DNA of 64,000 bases from positions 672,001 through 736,000 of the forward strand of contig CAVOXA010000010.1 of NCBI GenBank assembly GCA_963700285.1, written 5' to 3'. Origin of the DNA: an uncultured Chloroflexia bacterium (GTDB taxonomy: Bacteria > Chloroflexota > Anaerolineae > JAAYZQ01). The notes below the pieces were generated by a model. It was not told the origin of the DNA, did no database searches, and worked only from the letters and a program-made list of their open reading frames with translations. This document shows, in pieces, positions 23,048 to 31,331 of the stretch. Both the position numbers and the translations under genes were made by a program. The number at the start of each line of letters is the position of its first letter. The stretch's first letter is position 1.

Positions 23048-24190
23048 TTAGTAGCCCGGAAGCTGCTTGGGAAAGTAATCCTCCAGTATCCCCTCTCGGT
23101 AGACATCGGCCGTAGCGCAATGCAGGCCGCCGCCAAAGGCTCCCACATCCCAGAAGGGCACTGGGATGACCTCAAAACCTAGCTTGTCAAACTGCTCCAT
23201 CTGCGCTGTCTCGCTGGCTTCCACGCAGATGGTATTGGGATCGAGCATGAGGGTGTTCATCGATAGCCAGACACTGCAGTAACAGAGCGGCGGTTTCTTG
23301 TCAAGCGCAGGGGCTGCGCACTCGACAATCTCCCAATCGTTCTTTCTGAACAATTCTACCATCTCGTCGTAGAGCGGGGCGCGCTCGCGGTTGCTGAGGG
23401 CCAGTCCAGGCCGCAACAGCACAAAAGTCGCGTCAATATGTGTGGGATCGGGCTCACGGAATAGCACCTCGTGGATGCGGTGATTGGGAAAGTGACGGCG
23501 CAGCCATTCGATGCCTGCCGCGTTTGTGGTCAGGGATCGTTGGGCAAAAAGGTCCTTGCCGGCGCGCCCCACGTCAGCCGCGTCGAAGAGGGGTTCTTTT
23601 TCAGTGAGTGCCCACGATTTTTTGCAGGTATAGTCTCTTATCTGCTCTTCCGCTATCTTGGTCTCGAACTCTTGCCAAAAACCGAGGTTGTAGGAAGCGT
23701 CGCTCAGCCGGGGCTTGGGAGCCGATTCCCATCGAAAGTTAGGGTCCTCATCATAGTACTGCTGAAGGAGCGGCCGGTAGCAGAGGTATTCGAACCAACG
23801 GCTGCGGTAGGACATGGTTGCTTCCAAGATTTCGTTGCCCACCGTGAGCAATACGTCCCGGGGCGGCATACAGCCGCTCATCGAGTCCTGGACCCAGTCC
23901 GGGGTCTGTACTTTCTGACTGAAATCCAGCGGCGTGGGCCGGTCCACCCGGATCCCACGTTTCTGCAGCAAGGCTGCAAAGTTGTCCATCTGCTCATTGG
24001 CCCTATCTTCCATTTCCTGGGGCAGCAATCCATAGGTACCCAGGGGAAAGCCGTATTCGGGCCAGTCACGCTGAACCGCGGGCTCGGGCGCCTGGACCAT
24101 CGCCCCCGTAGCCACGCCGATAATGACGTGCTTGAGGGGGTCCCATTCGTTCCAAGAGTTCACCACTGTCGGGTTCTTTTCGGTTTTCAA
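23048..24190 (-). CDS. amidinotransferase (AGAT/StrB-like, pentein fold)
   Basis: NSWNEWDPLK, PPRD, RSRWFEY, FDAAD, HIDAT, GGGLHCAT (Asp-His-Cys triad); TTG start after GGAGG. Confidence 0.9.
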   Translation of the reverse strand: MKTEKNPTVVNSWNEWDPLKHVIIGVATGAMVQAPEPAVQRDWPEYGFPLGTYGLLPQEMEDRANEQMDNFAALLQKRGIRVDRPTPLDFSQKVQTPDWVQDSMSGCMPPRDVLLTVGNEILEATMSYRSRWFEYLCYRPLLQQYYDEDPNFRWESAPKPRLSDASYNLGFWQEFETKIAEEQIRDYTCKKSWALTEKEPLFDAADVGRAGKDLFAQRSLTTNAAGIEWLRRHFPNHRIHEVLFREPDPTHIDATFVLLRPGLALSNRERAPLYDEMVELFRKNDWEIVECAAPALDKKPPLCYCSVWLSMNTLMLDPNTICVEASETAQMEQFDKLGFEVIPVPFWDVGAFGGGLHCATADVYREGILEDYFPKQLPGY

Positions 24191-24258
24191 GCTATCCTCC
24201 CAGAAGGGCCAGAAAGATGGTGGGCGCCCCAGACCGGCACAAGATCCAATTGTTCCCT

Positions 24259-24423
24259 ATCATGGATCAAGTCACGCATCCTGTCAAGTACTGGATGGTA
24301 TCAGCTACTGTGCCAAAGGGGCCCAAGGGATCTTTTTTCCCTGCGGGCACGGAGAGGGGCTCGATCTTGTTTTCAGAAGTGACCGAACTGGGACTTGACA
24401 GCCTACCCCCTATGAGCGATACT
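24259..24423. promoter_or_regulatory. back-to-back sigma70-like promoters for the amidinotransferase and aminotransferase units
   Basis: Minus strand TTGACA (24287-24282)-17-CATGAT; plus strand TTGACA (24395-24400)-17-GATACT. Confidence 0.55.
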
Positions 24424-24566
24424 AGAGCAGCAGTGATTTGCTGGCTGTCCCTTGCACAGCCTGGAATGCGGAGTCCAAGAGATGTATTCTGTAGCGTTTC
24501 AGAGGCGTACGGGACTGCAATTGCAGATGCTGTCCCATCATTTGACCAAGTTGAGGAGGAGGAACG

Positions 24567-25836
24567 ATGAAGGATCCCAAGGAAAGTCTATGTCCTATCT
24601 TGAGCCACTACACGTCTATTGAGGTCGACCGGGGTGAGGGACCATACCTGTATGCGACCAATGGCCGTCGGTATCTGGATCTGACGACTGGCATCGGCGT
24701 AACCAACACCGGGCACTGCCATCCCCAAGTTGTGGCAGCCGCCCAGGCTCAGGTTGGCAAGCTGATCCATGGCCAGGCCAATATCGTCTACCACAAGCCG
24801 GCGTTAGAGCTGGTACAGGAGTTGCAGCAGATCCTGCCACCGCACCTGGATGGTTTCTTTTTCGCCAACTCCGGGGCGGAGGCCATCGAGGCAGCTATGA
24901 AACTGTCGCGACATGCCACGGGCCGGACCAATATGGTTGTCTTTCAGGGGGGATTCCACGGCAGGACCATCGGGTCCGTGTCTCTGACCACGTCGAATCC
25001 TATATACCATTACAAGTACCAACCTCTCATGTCGGGCGTGTACGTGGCGCCCTTTCCCTATAGCTATTACTATGGTTGGTCGGAGAAAGAGACTGAGGCC
25101 TTTTGTCTCAAGCAGTTGCGCCATTTGCTGGCCTCACAGACGGCGCCAGAAGAGACGGCAGCCATGCTCGTTGAGCCGGTGCTGGGCGAAGGCGGCTACG
25201 TCGTACCGACACCCGGCTTTCTTGCCAGCGTGCAGGGGATCTGCCGCGAGCACGGCATCCTGCTGATTGCGGATGAGGTTCAATCTGGATTCGGCCGTAC
25301 CGGAAAATGGTTCGCCCACCAGCACTTTGGGGTCGAGCCAGACATCGTAGTGATGGCCAAGGGTCTGGCCTCTGGTTTCCCGCTAAGCGGCATCGCGGCG
25401 CGGTCGGATCTGATGAGGCACTCGCCGGTCGGCTCCCAGGGAGGCACCTATGGCGGAAACGCGGTCGCCTGCGCGGCCGCGGTGGCGACCTTGCGCGTGT
25501 TGGGGGAGGAAGGCTTGATCGAGAACAGCGCAAGGATGGGAGCCAAGCTTGATGAATCAGCTCAAGGCGCTGCAGGAACAGTTTCCCGTCATTGGTGAGG
25601 TGCGCGGCCTTGGCCTGATGGTGGGCGTCGAGTTCACCTCGGCAGACGGCAGTCCGGATTCGGCAACGGCTAAAGCAGTGGTGAAAGTATGTCTGGATGA
25701 GGGTCTGATCTTGCTTACTTGCGGTACCTATGGCAACGTGATCCGCTGGATCCCGCCTCTGATTATCAATGATTCTCAACTGGATGAGGCATTGAGTATT
25801 TTCGCAGGGGCCCTGAATGCAGTCGTAGCCGTTTAG
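24567..25836 (+). CDS. class-III PLP aminotransferase (4-aminobutyrate aminotransferase-like), one frameshift at ~25549
   Basis: NSGAEAIE, GGFHGRT, EPVLGEGG, DEVQSGFGRTG, MAKG, GTYGGN; continues in another frame as EVRGLGLMVGVEF...NVIRWIPPL. Confidence 0.88.
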
Positions 25837-25959
25837 CCTGCGTCCTTTTGAGGTGATAGAACCTGGTGGGAGCACAGTGCGCGTCTTTCTCGTGCTCCCA
25901 TCGAGAGAACGCCGCTGGCCCAAGATCCAGAGGCGCCGCACTTGAGGTGAAATGGGACA

Positions 25960-27213
25960 TTGACGATATTCAATCTAGCCTACGGCGACACGCAATTGGA
26001 TGTAGATATGCCAAGCGCCAACGTGCTGGGGGTGCTTGAGCCCCTGAGCAGCGGACCACCGCGGGACGAAGCGGAAGTGGTGCGACTCGCTCTCGCTCAG
26101 CCCATCGGCTGCCCCTGTCTGCGGGATCTGGTGCGTGCTGGACAACGCGTGGCAGTCATTACCAGTGACCTGACGCGCCCCTGCCCGTCGGAACGGCTAC
26201 TTCCCTTCCTATTGGACGAGCTGGCAGAGGCTGGCATCCGGGATGAGGACATGACCATCGTCCTGGCCCTGGGCCTCCACAGGCCAATGACGGAGCCAGA
26301 GATTATGGCGGCAGTAGGACCGGCTGTCTACCAGCGCGTACGGGTGCTCAATCACGATCCGGCGGATGTCATCCGGCTGAGCATTACCTCACGGGGTACT
26401 CCTATCGATGTCTTTCGTGCGGTGGTGGAAGCCGATGTGCGCATCTGTGCTGGGAACCTGGAACTGCACTATTTTGCCGGCTACTCTGGCGGGGCCAAGG
26501 CGATTCTGCCTGGCTGCGCCTCCAAGGCGACGATCCAGGCAAATCACGCCATGATGGTCATGCCGGAGGCATGCGCCGGGCGTCTGGACGGTAACCCAGT
26601 TCGCGCGGATCTAGAAGAGGGGGCGGCGATGGTGGGGATAGACTTTATCCTCAACGTTGTGGTGGACAGCGAGCATCGCATCGTAGCCGCAGTTGCGGGC
26701 GAGGTGACTGCTGCCCACCGGCGGGGGTGTGAACTGGTGGCGGAGCAAGGGATTGTACCCGTGGCTGAGCTGGCTGACATCGTGCTGGCCAGCGCTGGCG
26801 GATTCCCAAAAGACGTGAACTTGTACCAGGCGCAGAAGGGGCTGGACAACGCGGCCCACGCCGTACGGCATGGGGGAGCCATCGTCCTGGTGGCGGAATG
26901 CCGCGAGGGCCTGGGTAATGCCACCTTTGAGGCCTGGTTGCGGGAGGCAAGCTCACCGGATGAAGTGCTGGAACGAATCCAGAAGGAGTTTGTCCTGGGT
27001 GGTCACAAGGCGGCGGCTGTAGCTTCCGTGCTGAAGAAGGCGGATGTCTGCTTGGTCTCCTCCATGCCGGCGGACTTGGTCAAAAGCTGTGGATTGATCT
27101 CCTTTGATGACGTCCATCAGGCCGTACGGTCCGTGCTTGACCGGCAGGGAGAATCTGCTCGTGTCCTTGTCATGCCACAAGCGGGATCTGTTTTGCCGGT
27201 TCAGACTGTCTAG
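25960..27213 (+). CDS. LarA-family nickel-pincer-dependent 2-hydroxy-acid racemase/epimerase
   Basis: DLTRP, ALGLH, HYFAGYSGGAK, NH, YQAQK motifs. Confidence 0.88.
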   Translation: MTIFNLAYGDTQLDVDMPSANVLGVLEPLSSGPPRDEAEVVRLALAQPIGCPCLRDLVRAGQRVAVITSDLTRPCPSERLLPFLLDELAEAGIRDEDMTIVLALGLHRPMTEPEIMAAVGPAVYQRVRVLNHDPADVIRLSITSRGTPIDVFRAVVEADVRICAGNLELHYFAGYSGGAKAILPGCASKATIQANHAMMVMPEACAGRLDGNPVRADLEEGAAMVGIDFILNVVVDSEHRIVAAVAGEVTAAHRRGCELVAEQGIVPVAELADIVLASAGGFPKDVNLYQAQKGLDNAAHAVRHGGAIVLVAECREGLGNATFEAWLREASSPDEVLERIQKEFVLGGHKAAAVASVLKKADVCLVSSMPADLVKSCGLISFDDVHQAVRSVLDRQGESARVLVMPQAGSVLPVQTV

Positions 27214-27281
27214 CAACGATGGGTTCTGGCTGAGTATGGCATGGACAGAGGCTGCACTTGTTGTCCGTCTTGCCCTTCCAT

Positions 27282-27310
27282 TTGACCGTGCCCAAGATTT
27301 GAGGTATAAT
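27282..27310 (+). promoter_or_regulatory. sigma70 promoter of tRNA-Pro
   Basis: TTGACC-17 bp-TATAAT. Confidence 0.75.
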
Positions 27311-27325
27311 CGTGAGTTGTAATGG

Positions 27326-27402
27326 CGGGGCGTAGCGCAGTCCGGTAGCGCACTTGAATGGGGTTCAAGTGGTCGCCCGTTCAAATCGGGCCGCCCCGAC
27401 CA
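27326..27402 (+). tRNA. tRNA-Pro(GGG)
   Basis: CGGGGCG/CGCCCCG acceptor stem, CTTGA-ATGGGGT-TCAAG anticodon arm, GTTCAAATC, encoded CCA. Confidence 0.95.
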
Positions 27403-27562
27403 CGAAGAAGATGGTCGATGGCGTGTTGCTGTCGGCCATTGCTTTATCCCGAGCACGGTCCCTCCGTGCCCTGCGAGTGGAGATAGCGTCGTCGAAGCAG
27501 AGATGCAGACAGCTTCGTCATGGACGAGACCTGGCTGGCGCTTTCTCGGAGTTGAGAAGCAG

Positions 27563-29066
27563 ATGGACAGCGTTGTTCATGCATGTGAGGATCTAACAGA
27601 AGAGGATATCGCGTTTCTGGAAGAGATCGAGGGGAACCTGGGCATCCTGGCTGACTCTGAGCCGGGCCGACGTCGCTCATGTATTGCCCTCTCGACGCTG
27701 AACGAGCGGTGGTGGTGGCCCAAGCCAGGCCTCACTCGATCCTGCCCATCTACAGCGAGTCGCTGGTTGGGCGGCAGGTAGGCTTTGCCGACGAGCCTGA
27801 CGTGATGCGGGCGCTGACGGAGGGCCGCCGGGGCTTCACCGAGGTTCGCCGTGGCGATGGCAGGCGGCAGTCTCCAGCCAAGGGAGCGCCTATCGTTCAG
27901 GAGACCTATCCGATCTGGGACGACGATGGGCAGGTGATTGCGGCGATCTGCATCGAGACGAACCTGATCGAGCGGGAGCGCCACCGGCGTCGCAGCAAGG
28001 TCTTTCAGCGAGCGCTGAAGCAGTTTCAGCGCGATGGTGTTGGCCGGGCAGTTGCAGGGCGCCGACCAATTGACGCCCTTTGCCGAGCACGATGGCGTCA
28101 TGGTCGTGGATGCCCAGCATCGCATCCAGTACGTCAGCGGCATTGCCACCAGCCTCTACCGCAAGCTGGGCTACGTCGGCGACCTGCTGAAGCGGCACAT
28201 CGAGGATCTGGAACTGGATGATCAGCAGCCTGGTCCTCGAGGCCCTGGAACAGGGCGACTGCTATCGAGCGCGAGATACAGGTCGGCGATCTGGTCTGGG
28301 TCAAGAAGGCGATCCCCTGTTTGCTCCCGCGCAAGGGGCTGCGCCGGCTGCTCACGCCAGGCGATAGGCGCCCTGGCGGCTGGAGGGCGCTCTGGTGACC
28401 ATCCACGACGAGACCGACGCCCGCCGCCAGGAGGAGGAGCTCCAGGTCAAGGTGGCCATGATCCAGGAGATCCATCACCGGGTCAAGAACAACATGCAGA
28501 CCATCGCCTCGCTGCTGCGGCTCCAGTCGCGCCGGGCCGAGTCGGAAGAGGTCCGGCGGGCGCTGCAGGAGGGCATCAACCGCATCCTGAGCGTGGCCGT
28601 GATCCACGAGTTCCTGGCCCACCAGGATGCCCGGGTCATCAACATCCGGGATGTGAGCCAGCGGATCATCAACCAGATCCGGGAAGGGGTGCTGGATCAG
28701 GAGAGGGGGATCCGCCTGGACTTGCGCGGTCCCAACATCTACCTGCCCACCCAGCCAGCCACCGTCTGCGCTCTGGTGATCAACGAGTTGCTGCAGAATG
28801 CGCTGGAGCATGGCTACGAGCGCCAGGAAGGTGGTACCGTCACCGTCAACCTGCAGGACGATGGCGAGCAGATCACCATCTCGGTGGACGACGATGGAGT
28901 GGGGCTGCCAGAGGACTTTGACCTGGCACAGACCAGCAGCCTGGGCCTGCAGATCGTCCAGACCCTGGCCGAAGGTGATCTCAAAGGCAGTTTTGAGCTT
29001 CACGGCAGGGACAAGGGCGTCTCGGCTGTCGTAACGTTCCCCAAACACAGCCAAGGAGGTAAGTAA
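27563..29066 (+). CDS. PdtaS/EutW-like cytoplasmic sensor histidine kinase (GAF-like, PAS, HisKA_2, HATPase), multiply frameshifted
   Basis: ILADLSRAD N-terminal motif across shifts, DGVMVVD PAS, EIHHRVKNN H-box, NELLQNALEH, DDDGVGLP, SLGLQIV; at least 6 indels between 27650 and 28400. Confidence 0.82.
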
Positions 29067-29669
29067 TGGCAGAGCGGACACGAGTAATCATTGCCGATGA
29101 CGAATCCATCATTCGCATGGACCTGCGCGAGATGCTGACCAACCTGGGCTACCTGGTCGTCGGCGAGGTGGGCGATGGGCGGAGCGCGGTCAACCTGGCC
29201 CGCGAGCTCAAGCCCGACGTCGTGGTCATGGACATCAAGTTTGAGGGAGACGAGTTTGATGGCATCGACGCTGCCCGCATCCTGACCGAAGAGAAGATCG
29301 CCCCGGTGCTGCTTCTGACAGCGTACAGCCAGCGGGAGTTGGTGGTGCGGGCCAGGGAGGCGGGGGTGGTCGGCTACCTGGTCAAACCTTTCCGCGAGGC
29401 GGACCTGGTCCCGGCCATCGAGGTGGCGCTGGCGCGCTTTGACGAGTTCCAGGCCATGGAAAAGCAGGTTGGCGACCTGGAAGAGGCCCTGGAGACCCGC
29501 AAGTTTGTGGATCGGGCCAAGGGCATCCTGATGGACTCGCAGGAGCTTGACCGAGGCCGAGGCCTTTCGCAGGATCCAGAAGATGAGCATGAACACCCGC
29601 AAGCCGATGAAGGATGTGGCCGAGGCCATCATCCTGGCCCACCAGACCCAACAACAATCGGTTTTCTAG
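29066..29669 (+). CDS. PdtaR/EutV-like REC-ANTAR response regulator, frameshift at ~29546
   Basis: IADDE, MDIK, LTAYS, YLVKP; RKFVDRAKGILM, then shifted LTEAEAFRRIQKMSMNTRKPMKDVAEAII; TAATG overlap with the kinase. Confidence 0.88.
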
Positions 29670-29690
29670 CGTGCTGTCAGTAGGCATGTC

Positions 29691-29730
29691 AGGACCCAGC
29701 CCCGAGCAAGAGACTGGGTCCTTTTTGTTT
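29691..29730 (+). terminator. intrinsic terminator
   Basis: AGGACCCAG...CTGGGTCCT followed by TTTTGTTT. Confidence 0.75.
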
Positions 29731-29920
29731 GGTTTTATTGAGCCGCGGAAGACGCCCGGATCATCCGATTCCTGTTTCGAACACCCCAGGAATCGCTGAT
29801 TTGTAGTTCAGTCGATTTTCAGGTATAATAACGCTGTTCAGAGTGAGTTGTGCGGAAATTGCTGTATCCAGATCCCGTTTGGCCACTGGTCGATCAGCCA
29901 GCTAGGAAGGACCCGCTCTG

Positions 29921-30940
29921 TTGGCATCCCAGCACGATGCGCCGAAATCTCATGATGAGCAGATCGCAGCACTCATGGAGCGGGGGCGGGCCGCCGCCCA
30001 CGCCGGCCAGCAGGCTCGCGCCCAGCGCTACTTTGCCGCTGTGATAGAGATCGATCCATCCTACGAGGAGGCGTGGCTGGAACGGGCCGCCGTCGTCGAG
30101 GATCCTCAGGAGGCGATGGCACATCTGGCCCAGGTGTTGATGCTCAATCCTGGAAACGAGCTGGCCCGGCAAGAGCTGCGTTCTTTGCGGCAATCGGCTG
30201 GCAACCTGCCACCCTACCGTGGAATCCTCCCAACAGCGGTTGCCCACTCGCCCGTGCCAGCTTCCAAGCCCCTGTTGCCGCGCCTGCTTACCTTTGCCTG
30301 GGTATTGGTGGCGATGGTACTCCTCCTTCTGCTCGTAGGTGGTGCTCTGTGGGTAGATGCACCCCAAGCTGTGGTGGCAGCGCTGATGCCCACAGATACC
30401 CCCACTCCTACGCCGACATTCACGCCTACCTCCACGCCAACGTTCACGCTGACGCCTACATCAACCAACACGCCCACCTCTACCGCGACCCCGACGCCCA
30501 CGACAACGCCAACTGCAACGCATACACCGACATTCACACCAACGCCGACGCGACGTCCCACAAAGGTTCCGGCCGACCAGAGCGAGTCGGAGAAGTGGAT
30601 CGAGGTCGACCTATCCAAGCAACGGCTCTGTGCCTATGAGGGACAAAAGACAGTTTTCTGCGCTCCTGTATCCACGGGTACGAGCCGCTACCCCACGGTG
30701 AAGGGCAGGTTCGAGATCTATGCCAAGTACAGTTCTACCCGGATGCGCGGGCCTGGCTATGACCTGCCCAATGTCCCCTGGACCATGTACTTCCACAGGA
30801 GCTATGCCATCCACGGCACCTACTGGCACAACAGCTTTGGGCGGCCCATGAGCCACGGCTGCGTCAACATGAAAACATCCCAGGCCAGGCGACTTTATCA
30901 GTGGGCCCCCCAAAAGACGCTGGTGGTCGTCCATCGCTAG
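29921..30940 (+). CDS. L,D-transpeptidase (YkuD) with N-terminal TPR, TM helix and Pro/Thr linker
   Basis: WIEVDLSKQ, VSTG, AIHGTYWH, SHGCVN catalytic motif. Confidence 0.9.
   Translation: MASQHDAPKSHDEQIAALMERGRAAAHAGQQARAQRYFAAVIEIDPSYEEAWLERAAVVEDPQEAMAHLAQVLMLNPGNELARQELRSLRQSAGNLPPYRGILPTAVAHSPVPASKPLLPRLLTFAWVLVAMVLLLLLVGGALWVDAPQAVVAALMPTDTPTPTPTFTPTSTPTFTLTPTSTNTPTSTATPTPTTTPTATHTPTFTPTPTRRPTKVPADQSESEKWIEVDLSKQRLCAYEGQKTVFCAPVSTGTSRYPTVKGRFEIYAKYSSTRMRGPGYDLPNVPWTMYFHRSYAIHGTYWHNSFGRPMSHGCVNMKTSQARRLYQWAPQKTLVVVHR
30391..30560 (+). repeat. low-complexity (PT)n coding repeat
   Basis: PTDTPTPTPTFTPTSTPTFTLTPTSTNTPTSTATPTPTTTPTATHTPTFTPTPT. Confidence 0.9.
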
Positions 30941-30970
30941 AGGGCGCGCTGGGGAGCGTGGGAGAAAGCC

Positions 30971-31315
30971 ATGATCACTCCTGCTGGTGTGGAATGTCGC
31001 TACTACTATGCCGATTACTATCGGGGGCGCGAGCGCCAGGAATGCCGCCTCCTTGACCAGAACCCGCAGTCGGAAGCCTGGCGGCCGGAGCTGTGCAAGA
31101 ATTGTCCGGTGCCCGGCATTCTTCGGGCCAATGCCTGCCCGAACCTGGTACTGGAGGGCCGTGTCGAGAAGCGCTTCTTTGGGTTGTCGCGTCAGGTTGC
31201 CGCCAGGGCCGTCTGCTCCAAGTACCTGGTGGCAGTTCCCGAGCCGCAGATTGGCTGTGGCCACTGCCACGAGGAACGCTCTGGCGCGGCCTTGTTCAAC
31301 TCCTCTGAACGATGA
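30971..31315 (+). CDS. small Cys-rich hypothetical protein
   Basis: 8 Cys including CKNC and CGHC; GGGAG RBS; follows the transpeptidase. Confidence 0.7.
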   Translation: MITPAGVECRYYYADYYRGRERQECRLLDQNPQSEAWRPELCKNCPVPGILRANACPNLVLEGRVEKRFFGLSRQVAARAVCSKYLVAVPEPQIGCGHCHEERSGAALFNSSER

Positions 31316-31331
31316 ATCCTGCGTGACCACT

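Noticed and set aside
24191-24566. Guanidine riboswitch ahead of the amidinotransferase
   Set aside because: No twin ACGR hairpins or other guanidine-class consensus seen; the predicted leader is short.
27326-29730. Integrative element at tRNA-Pro
   Set aside because: No integrase and no duplicated tRNA 3' end found in the window.
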